From contig NC_069001.1 in assembly GCF_001194135.2 (NCBI RefSeq), forward strand, positions 13,720,970 through 13,766,919: 45,950 bases of DNA, read 5' to 3'. Shown in pieces: positions 36,925 through 45,950 of this stretch (the stretch's first letter is position 1; each line of letters starts with the position of its first letter). The translations under genes were made by a program, and so were the position numbers. Under the pieces are notes generated by a model. It searched no databases. It was not told the origin of the DNA and saw only the letters and a program-made list of their open reading frames with translations. Origin of the DNA: Octopus bimaculoides (lineage: Eukaryota).

Positions 36925-37164
36925 CATTTAGAATGCAGAGATGCCTATAATAGGACATCTAACCCGCTAGAAAGAGCAGCAAAAGACTACATACCACAAA
37001 ATTAGGGATAATTTCGAAAGGGAATGAAAAATAAAAACATTTACCAATCTATATAGATTTTTCATTCCCTTTCGAAATTATCCCTAATTTTGTGGTATGT
37101 AGTCTTTTGCTGCTCTTTCTAGCATGTTAGATGTCCTATTATAGGCATCTCTGCATTTTAAATG
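36925..37164. repeat. Fold-back with 108-bp arms and a 24-bp spacer
   Basis: 36925-37032 versus 37057-37164, 3 mismatches by eye. Confidence 0.95.
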
Positions 37165-37439
37165 AATAATACATAGTCTATTGACTGTTTTTTACTCTCC
37201 CTAGACCACTGGTGGTAAATAAAATTTCTAAAAATTTTTTTGCTACCCTATAATTTATTAATATATATATATACATATATACAGGCACACATATGTGTAT
37301 ACATGCTTGTACTCATACATGTCTGAGTGTGTGTTTCTTTTTAAATATGATGACAGAAAATTCGTTGCTATTTCTAGGAGATCAATCAGCCATCTAGGGG
37401 CTCCCTTATGAAAAGAATATGCAGAATAAAGTTCTACAT

Positions 37440-37620
37440 GCCAGCAATGAGATAGGTGAGTAGGGAATGCAGGAATGTGTAAGCCTTGTGTTGGGGCTGC
37501 CGGTAATGTAAAATGGAGATGGTTAATACTAGGGAGTGTATTTGATATGAGAAAAGAATCTGATAGGGACCCCTGGATGAGGAAGGGTGGTATTAGAATG
37601 ATTTGGAGGAGGGAGGAGGG
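37440..37620 (-). mobile_element. Possible highly decayed Penelope-like ORF remnant
   Basis: QIILIPPFLIQGSLSDSFLISNTLPS loosely resembles the PLE RT-to-GIY-YIG linker (IFP-PP-SL-DSLV-S-LP). The match is weak and by eye only. Confidence 0.25.
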
Positions 37621-37899
37621 GTACAGCAATAGCTGAGCTGCTAATAATAGATATACCCAGGTAGAGAAAGAAAGACCTGCTTCATAACGAAAATATTCGA
37701 CAGAGCCAGCCAGCCAACCAGACCTATCCCAAGCGCAAAGGTGAGACAAACATTTGAAGAGTTAAGGGGAAGAAAATTCTAGCAAGTCAACGAACAAGGG
37801 AACCTTGACAATGTCATTCAATGTGCTAGAAAGAGCAGCCAATTCTTCTCAAATAATCCCTGCCCCTATTGTTTTAACCAAACAGAAAAAAAAAAAACT

Positions 37900-38041
37900 A
37901 ATCGACCCCAGGACTTATTCTTTGTAAGCCTAGTACTTATTCTATCAGTCTCTTTTTTGCCGAACTGCTAAGTTACAGGGGACATAAACACACAAGCATT
38001 GGTTATCAAGCGATATTGGGGGGACAAACACAGACTCACAA

Positions 38042-38072
<31 letters not shown>

Positions 38073-38235
38073 CGACGGGCTTCTTTCAGTTTCCGTCTAC
38101 CAAATCCACTCACAAGGCTTTGGTTGGCCCGAGCCTATAGTAGAAGACACTTGCCCAAGGTGCCACCTAGTAGGGCTGAACCCGGAACCATGTGGTTGGT
38201 AAGCAAGCTACTTACCACACAGCCACTCCTGCGCC
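37900..38235 (-). mobile_element. SINE family A copy, truncated tail
   Basis: Ends CTACTTACCACACAGCCACTCCTGCGCCTA, the reverse of the head. Confidence 0.9.
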
Positions 38236-38765
38236 TATGGCCAATTTAAATGCTAATGGGCTAATGATAATTCTAAGGCCTGCAATTTTGTGCGGAGGTG
38301 GTATTAGTCATTTATATTGACCCAGTATTTCACTTGTATCTGCTTTATCAACCCTGAAATGCTGAAAGGCAAAGTCAACCTTGGTGGAATTTTAACCTCG
38401 TCAGAAGAAACGCAGCTGACCATTTTGTCCAGCATGAGGCAACACATTCATTTACACATTTACACCTGCAACTCCATTATTACACATTTATATAGTCTTT
38501 TATTCTTTGTAAGCCTTATACTTATTCTATCAGGTCTCTTGCCGAACTGCTAAGTTACGGGGACATAAACACACCAACATTGGTTGTCAAGCAAATCGTC
38601 GCAAGGTATGGAAGGTTTTCGAAGGACCGGAGAGATTATGTCCGGGTGGAGAATTATACCAGAGATAGTACTATACAAAATACCGAAAGGATCTTCACCT
38701 CTTACATCACACATTTCTTCTTACTTCAATGTCGAGATGGTATAATTTCCTGAGAGAGAGATAAT

Positions 38766-38882
38766 TTTTGCGGCTGAAGATAGCTTTACATTGTAGATTA
38801 TACACATATTATATTATGTTATATTATATTATGTTATATTATATTATACACACGTAGAGCTTGAAACACGTGTACCGCGGAA
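38766..38882 (+). ncRNA. Minimal type I hammerhead ribozyme with a microsatellite-like loop II
   Basis: TTTTGCGG-CTGAAGA(38774-38780)-T-AGCTTTAC...GTAGAGCT-T-GAAAC(38863-38867)-ACGT-GTA(38872-38874)-CCGCGGAA: 8-bp helix I, 8-bp helix II and palindrome ACACGTGT. Confidence 0.75.
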
Positions 38883-39019
38883 TCCTTTGTAGTTTTGTTG
38901 TTATTTTTTTCTTTTGGATTTACAATTTATTCCTTCACCACAACCACTAGCTGGAATACACAGGTGCTTACAATTGTCAAGTATTACCTCTAATTTTCAA
39001 TTTACCTATATATAGATAT

Positions 39020-39180
39020 ATGATGGGCTTCTTTCAGTTTCCATCTACTAAATCCACTCACAAGGCTTTGGCTGGCCCAAGGCTACCGTAGAAGACACTT
39101 GTCCAAAGTGCCAAGCAGTGAGACTGAACCCAGAACCATGTAGTTGGGAAGCAAGCTTCTTGCCACAGAGCCACTCCTCT
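39020..39180 (-). mobile_element. SINE family A head module
   Basis: Reverse homologue of 18318-18480. Confidence 0.85.
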
Positions 39181-39289
39181 GTGTGTGCGTGTGTGTGTAT
39201 CGTTATTTATCTTCCATCATTAGACTGTGGCCATACTGGGGCACCACTTTGACTGGGGCTATATATATATATATATACATATAAACGCT

Positions 39290-39470
39290 CGTACTGGTGT
39301 CACGTTAAAAGCATCCAGCCCACACTGTAAAGATGTTGGTATTAGGAAGGGCATCCAGCTGTATAAACCAAGCCATATCAAACTGGAACCTGATGCAGCT
39401 CTCTAGCTTGGTTCAAACCATCCAACCCATGCCAGCATGAAAAACTGACGTTAAAGGATGATAATGATGA
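39290..39470 (+). mobile_element. SINE family B 3' part
   Basis: GTTGGTATTAGGAAGGGCATCCAGCTG...CCAGCATGAAAAACTGACGTTAAAGGATGATAATGATG. Confidence 0.85.
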
Positions 39471-40299
39471 TATATATATGTGTAATATATACTCTCATCA
39501 TTGATGCCAAAACTGGAGGGTTGACCCACATTCCACATCTTTGTATGTTTTCTCCGAAACAATTTTTAAAAATTTAATTCACTTGAAGAAAATGTTTCTA
39601 TCTTTCATGATGTAAATGAACTTTTCATCAATAAAAAAATATATCTGAAACAGGTGTAGTGAACCTTTAACAGATCTGTGTTTTTACTTTATACACACAC
39701 ACACACATCTTGCAAGCAGAAATTGGTTAGTGGAAATCACAAAAGCAATTTTGGTGGTGGGAAAAGGTGGCCGAAACCTCATAGTCACTGTCAAAACTAT
39801 CCTTGTTAAAGAATAATAAATCTGTACTCTACCAAATGTATTGAGTAATCCTTCAATTTAATGTAAAATTGTTTTTATTATAGCATAAAAACAAACATTA
39901 CACACACACATATACAGACATACATACGCACACACACACACACACAGACACATACATACACATATTTATGTACATGCCTATGTCTGTAAGTAGGCTACTG
40001 TTATGTCATGCCCCTTAATGTTGAGTTATGCAGCAGTTCAACAAACAAACACCGATAAAATAATCCCAGACGACAGAAAAATGTCTGAGAGAGAGATGTG
40101 ATCGAAAGAGCAGAATAGCGAGTGCACATGCGTGCATCTACCTGCATGTGCATACAAACTTACACGCGCATATGGTGAAAGTGATTTAGTCAATAATATA
40201 TCGATCTGCTGGTTAAACCAATTTTTTTCATCGACATCAGAGAAGTATTATGTAAATCATAATAATAATAATAATAATAACCATCAGAATGATTATGAT

Positions 40300-41870
40300 T
40301 TCAGATTTTGGTACAAGGCCTGCAATTTCGGAAGAGGGGAGATAAATCGATTACATCAACCGCAGTACTCAGCTGGTACTTATTTTATCGACCTCAAGAG
40401 GATGACAGGCAAAGTTGACCTCAGTGGTAACTGAACTCAGAACATGATGAGGGACAAAATGCTGCTGAGCCTTTTGCTCAGCATACTCACAATTCTGCCA
40501 GCTCACCACCCTAATAATAAGAAGAAGACTGATGAAGTATATTTGCCACTTAAATGTGGCTAACCCTTAAGGGTAGATGCTACTGTAGCCCAGGGCTACA
40601 AGCTACATCTACCCTTAAGGGTTAACCACATTTAAGTGGCAAATATATTTCACGATGCCGTGCAGTTACTGTGTATACCTTGCTCAGAGATTTATTATTA
40701 AGAAGAAGAATCCTTTCTACTATAGGCACAAGGCTTGGATTTTGTGGGGAGAAGGAGGACAGTCGATCACATCGATCCCAGTACTCCACTGTTACTTAAT
40801 TTATCGACCCNNNNNNNNNNNNNNNNNNNNNNNNNNNNNNNNNNNNNNNNNNNNNNNNNNNNNNNNNNNNNNNNNNNNNNNNNNNNNNNNNNNNNNNNNN
40901 NNNNNNNNNNNNNNNNNNNNNNNNNNNNNNTCTTTATTGCCCACAAGGGGCTAAACATAGAGGGGACAAACAAGGACAGACAACGGGATTAAGTCGATTA
41001 CATCGACCCCAGTGCGTAATTGGTACTTACTTTATCGACCCCGAAAGGATGAAAGGCAAAGTCGACCTCGGCGGAATTTGAACACAGAACGTAACGGCAG
41101 ACGAAAAATACCCCTAAGCATTTCGCCCAGCGTGCTAATGTTTCTGTCAGCTCGCCGCCTTAATAATAATAATAATAATAATAATTATTATTATTATTAT
41201 TATTATTATTATTTTATTAACCGCAAGACATTTGTAGACACTTTCCAACAACTGTATTGCTTTCATTAATAATTAATTACTCTATAACGATGTAAACGGT
41301 GATTTTATTTACAGTAAGCCTAAAAATGAATGGGATTGCAGTCGATTATATCGACCACAGCAGGTTACTGGTACATATTTTATCGATTCCGAGGAGATAT
41401 GAATGTTGACTAAGTCGAAATCTCCAGAAAATTTGATCTGGCAGATCAGATGTAAAGAGACAGACATAACTAAAATATTGCTTCTAAAATGTCGGGTACA
41501 AGGTCCGAAATTTGCTGGGAGGGTGTGGAGGGTGGGCTGGTAGTCGATATCATAGGTCCCGGTTATTGACAGGTGCTTTATTTTATCGACTTACCCCCGA
41601 CGGGATGAAAAAGTGAAGTTGATCTCGAAAAGATTTGAACAGAGAATGTAAAGAGACGAAGCTAAATATTATTTATATATATAAACAAACACGAGGCTCT
41701 GAAATTTGGCGGAAGATGGGGCGGGTTACTTAATGCCATCAATCCCGGACGGAACAAAAAGACAGGAGATGGCATCGGAGGAATCTGAACTCAGAACGTA
41801 AACAACCGGAACGAATGCAAGACAGTTTGTTCGACGCACTAACGATCCAGCCAATCCAATAATAAATAAT
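40300..41870 (-). mobile_element. Cluster of about six family E SINE copies, all on the minus strand; best copy 40931-41160
   Basis: Repeated TGGTAC..TTTATCGAC...GGATGAAAGGCAAAGTCGACCTCGGCGGAATTTGAAC (B box GTTCAAATTCC on minus). Confidence 0.8.
40533..40652. repeat. 120-bp imperfect palindrome (MITE-like), interrupting the family E cluster
   Basis: TATATTTGCCACTTAAATGTGGCTAACCCTTAAGGGTAGATG...TGTAGCCC-A-GGGCTACA...CATCTACCCTTAAGGGTTAACCACATTTAAGTGGCAAATATA. Confidence 0.9.
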
Positions 41871-42321
41871 TATAAATAATTAATGATCTCTTGCCAGGGA
41901 CGGGCAGGTAAACAGAGACAGACAAATAGACAGATGGACGAACAGACAGACAGATCTATATAAATAGATATTCCCGAATGTAAACACGCGTTATATGTTC
42001 AACACATCTAAAAACGTAAACATATGCGCGCGTGCAAGCACACATTTATATAGGTTTTGCACGATCCAGAGTTGATTAAGGGTTAAACTGCAATAAATAC
42101 ACATTAGAAAATGTACCCGACTTTTTTTAAATGCCTATGGTATATGGTTAAGGCGTTCGCTTCGTTACCACACAGTCGTGTGTTCAGTTCCACTGCAAGG
42201 CACCTTGGGCAAGTGTCTTCTACTGTAAGTATAGTCCCAGGATTTTATGATTGGGTTTGATAGATGGAGACTATGGGGAAACTCGTTGCGTATGTATATA
42301 CACTACACACATACATATCTA

Positions 42322-42372
<51 letters not shown>

Positions 42373-42926
42373 NNNNNNNNNNNNNNNNNNNNNNNNNNNN
42401 NNNNNNNNNNNNNNNNNNNNNNNNNNNNNNNNNNNNNNNNNNNNNNNNNNNNNNNNNNNNNNNNNNNNNNNNNNNNNNNNNNNNNNNNNNNNNNNNNNNN
42501 NNNNNNNNNNNNNNNNNNNNNNNNNNNNNNNNNNNNNNNNNNNNNNNNNNNNNNNNNNNNNNNNNNNNNNNNNNNNNNNNNNNNNNNNNNNNNNNNNNNN
42601 NNNNNNNNNNNNNNNNNNNNNNNNNNNNNNNNNNNNNNNNNNNNNNNNNNNNNNNNNNNNNNNNNNNNNNNNNNNNNNNNNNNNNNNNNNNNNNNNNNNN
42701 NNNNNNNNNNNNNNNNNNNNNNNNNNNNNNNNNNNNNNNNNNNNNNNNNNNNNNNNNNNNNNNNNNNNNNNNNNNNNNNNNNNNNNNNNNNNNNNNNNNN
42801 NNNNNNNNNNNNNNNNNNNNNNNNNNNNNNNNNNNNNNNNNNNNNNNNNNNNNNNNNCGATTTGTTCGACAAAACCCTTTTAAGGTGGTACCAAGCATGG
42901 TCGCAGTCCATATGTAATAAAGAGTG

Positions 42927-42981
<55 letters not shown>

Positions 42982-43876
42982 ATCAACACACGCATTCACC
43001 ATCGGCCCACTCAACCTATGTCGAAATCTCACAAGTAATTGCATATTTATGCACCTCGACGATTGTACAAGCTAAAACATATATAGTAGGGTAGGCACTA
43101 GCTACTAGGTATCCGTAACACAGTCTGCTTGTTATAATAAATACACACCTTCTCGTAAATATAGACATTTATCCATCGTACAGCAGCTACACAATCCTAG
43201 ACGAATATAGGACAGCAAAAACTATCTCCTGAGTTGATACACAGTTCTTTTACACCTCATACTTTAAACACACACCTTCGTATACACAGAGCCCCGTGAG
43301 AGGGGCAACGAGAATGCAGGGGAGTAAGTATATAATATTTGGGGTCCCAGCTCCCAGAAAATGTTTGCTTACGGTTAACTTGAAAAACTGTATTTCACAG
43401 CAAGGGAAAGGAACTTTGTACCTTGTGATAAAATTCTTATAAAGGCCCTTGCGTATATTACAAACGCACAAACATTTATAGAACACATATTTCATTTGTA
43501 GACTTTTTATTAATAAAAATACACAAAGAGCGAGTTTCTAAGCTAGAAACAGCAGCCAAGTACACTCAAACATACCCTCGTCGAAATACGGTAGTAACTG
43601 TGATGGCTGCGAAACTTTGATGATGGGTCGGCATCATCAGAGCAGAAAATGTATACAAGATGATTACCAAATCATTCATACATATACACACACACACATT
43701 CATCATTATACACCCTATTCTATGCCGATAATTCGGGTAACCACTCATTCGTCTACGTACATATATAGTTTCGTAACCCAAATTACACAATATAGGAGTA
43801 TTTGAATGTATATATATATACACATACGTAGAAACGTGTATAACATTCTTTTATACACTTATACACACCAAAAGTC

Positions 43877-43907
43877 TGTGTACACATTTATAAACACACT
43901 ACTCTGC

Positions 43908-43946
<39 letters not shown>

Positions 43947-43996
43947 AAGTTTGTGTACACATTTATAAACACACTACTCTGCAAAATTATATATAT
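43877..43996. repeat. 45-bp direct duplication separated by a (TA)n tract
   Basis: TGTGTACACATTTATAAACACACTACTCTGCAAAATTATATATAT at 43877 and 43952. Confidence 0.9.
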
Positions 43997-44629
43997 ATAC
44001 TGTATATTACTCTATAATCACCTATTTAAACGTATATAGGGTTATTCCCCTTCTCAATCTAATATACACACCCCCTCTTTATACATCCTACTTGTTTGTA
44101 TACAATCACATTACACTCATAAACATAAAAAGGATTACCTCATACACACACATCACTCTACGCCCCAGTTGTAAACACATACACACACACATATACACAT
44201 ATGCGCGCGCGTGTATATGACATTAATATTATGTCTCCCATTCAGGCATATTTACACCTCTCACTACAGCCCATCTATAAACACCTTATGTATATCATTT
44301 CTCATTCACTCATGCGTTTCACACAGCACTATACACCACTAACTCTGCTTCTAAACACACCTATTTATTACAAGACAAATATATACACACGTCTGCGTCA
44401 CAACACAACACCTATATTACTTATATACATACCCCTCTAGCAAATAAAAATTACGCATATTCGCAATAAATTAGACGTATATATAACCTACACACATTTA
44501 TACACTTATACCTCTATGCAAGACACTTGTAAACACACACATTCACACATATATACACACACCTCTCTTGTATACATCTCCCATTTGTAAACCAGTAGCT
44601 TAGTCACGCATTAACCGATGAGGGGAAAC

Positions 44630-45415
44630 CTACAAATATGGTCATTCAGCCCGCTAGAAATATAAACCAAATCTCTCTCAAATCATATACTTCTTTGAAT
44701 AGATAAACACATTGGATAATGTACACCGCCCCTCTATAGATACGTTGAAAATAAAAACAATGATCATGGATGGGACATCGTTGAACACAGGTGAATCTAC
44801 ATGATACGTGGTCAAGATGGCCTAGGGTTAAACAGCAACGTAAATGTATGTATGAACCAGTGCTTGGTTAGCTCGACCTCTTAGACAGAGCAGGTAAATC
44901 TCACTCGAAACCACACCCAACAGTTTTAATAAGGAGACCATATATTGGTTACTGTAGACCAGCATATCCAGAAAAGGCTGGATGGTCACGGTTGAGATAC
45001 TTCTGATCATAGGTCTTACTTGATCGGATCTAACGTAGGGCTAAGCGACACCATATGACAGACAGCACGATTCACACGCAAACAGGGAATATATATATTA
45101 TATTATAGTTTCACCAGAGGAGTGGGTAATAGTAACTTCGAAGTCTCAGCCTACATCTGGTGAAAGATCAACATTTAAAACGCGTAAACATACAGGGGGA
45201 AGTTTTACCTAGTCTGTTAGAAACAGAAGTGAATCCTGCTCCTTTAAATAAACCACATCATTCTGTTTCGACTAAGCTAGCTGAGTAAACACAGGATGGT
45301 GTAGTTGTACACGTATAACCCTTACAGACATGGGATAATCTCAAGCAGAATGCGTTTGATGTTAGATAGGCCTACTGAATCACCAGTCTCACCTGGGGCT
45401 GAACAATAGCAACAC
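44630..45415 (+). mobile_element. Three head-to-tail diverged family F copies
   Basis: Each has a GCTAGAAA-like motif and ends in (C)CT(A/G)GGG(T/C)TAA(A/G)C-like: CCTAGGGTTAAACAGCAAC (44821), GTAGGGCTAAGCGACAC (45035), CCTGGGGCTGAACAATAGCAAC (45392). Confidence 0.6.
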
Positions 45416-45884
45416 GTAAACATTATANNNNNNNNNNNNNNNNNNNNNNNNNNNNNNNNNNNNNNNNNNNNNNNNNNNNNNNNNNNNNNNNNNNNNNNNN
45501 NNNNNNNNNNNNNNNNNNNNNNNNNNNCACTTGGCTGAAACACATAAATAAATAAATAAATATATATGTATGTATATATAGTAGTTGCTGCCTTCGACAG
45601 AGGCCGTGTGTCAATTATAAAAGCCTTGTGTGTCCTGCTTTCTGTCTTTCCATCATAACTGTGTGTATTTTAATCTCGTGAGGTACCTCAACAAATACAT
45701 AAATATGTGCATGCATACAAATGTGTGCGAATATATATACGTATATAAATATACACACACACACACATACCATATATGTACGGGGTTGTAGTAAGAGATA
45801 GAGAAACCATTTAAACACAAGTGGATATATTACACATGTGTATGTATGAAGACATGTATGTATGTATGTATGTATATATGTATG

Positions 45885-45950
<66 letters not shown>

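Noticed and set aside
38609-38745. Short ORF MEGFRRTGEIMSGWRIIPEIVLYKIPKG...
   Set aside because: Under 50 aa with no recognisable motif; more likely non-coding sequence of the hammerhead-bearing element.
43605-43645. TCATCAG and GAAAC close together
   Set aside because: The two core halves are on opposite strands, so no hammerhead can form.
45322-45400. Apparent minus-strand exon PGETGDSVGLSNIKRILLEIIPC with splice-like ends
   Set aside because: It overlaps the tail of a decayed family F repeat, and the peptide is not recognised.
598-45818. Long ORFs in the six-frame track
   Set aside because: They run through N gaps, translate microsatellites (YIYI, HTHT, SLSL, CVCV) or are SINE read-throughs. 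None resembles a cellular protein.

Overview
Draft eukaryotic genomic scaffold, AT-rich, with about 4.3 kb of Ns in 14 gaps. It is dominated by microsatellites, several tRNA-headed SINE families, MITEs and decayed transposon fragments. The repeat content looks like an octopod cephalopod genome; this is an inference from recognising the repeat types, not a database result. I found no intact protein-coding gene: the long ORFs in the track are N-gap, microsatellite or SINE read-throughs. Recognisable coding relics are an RTE-clade LINE ORF 3' fragment (about 12994-13425, +), an internally deleted mariner transposase (32641-32875, -) and possibly a Penelope-like remnant (about 37440-37620, -). The strongest unexplained signal is a set of five minimal type I hammerhead-ribozyme-like motifs from four unrelated sequence contexts: 631-726 (-), an inverted pair at 7503-7693, 28191-28234 (+) and 38766-38882 (+). 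Each has a different palindromic helix III, as described for Penelope/retrozyme dimeric hammerheads. For one of them, a second inverted copy of the downstream sequence ends 2 nt from the predicted cleavage site. The window also has several long fold-backs, a 99% identical inverted SINE pair and two promoter-like motif clusters. All folds were derived by eye.
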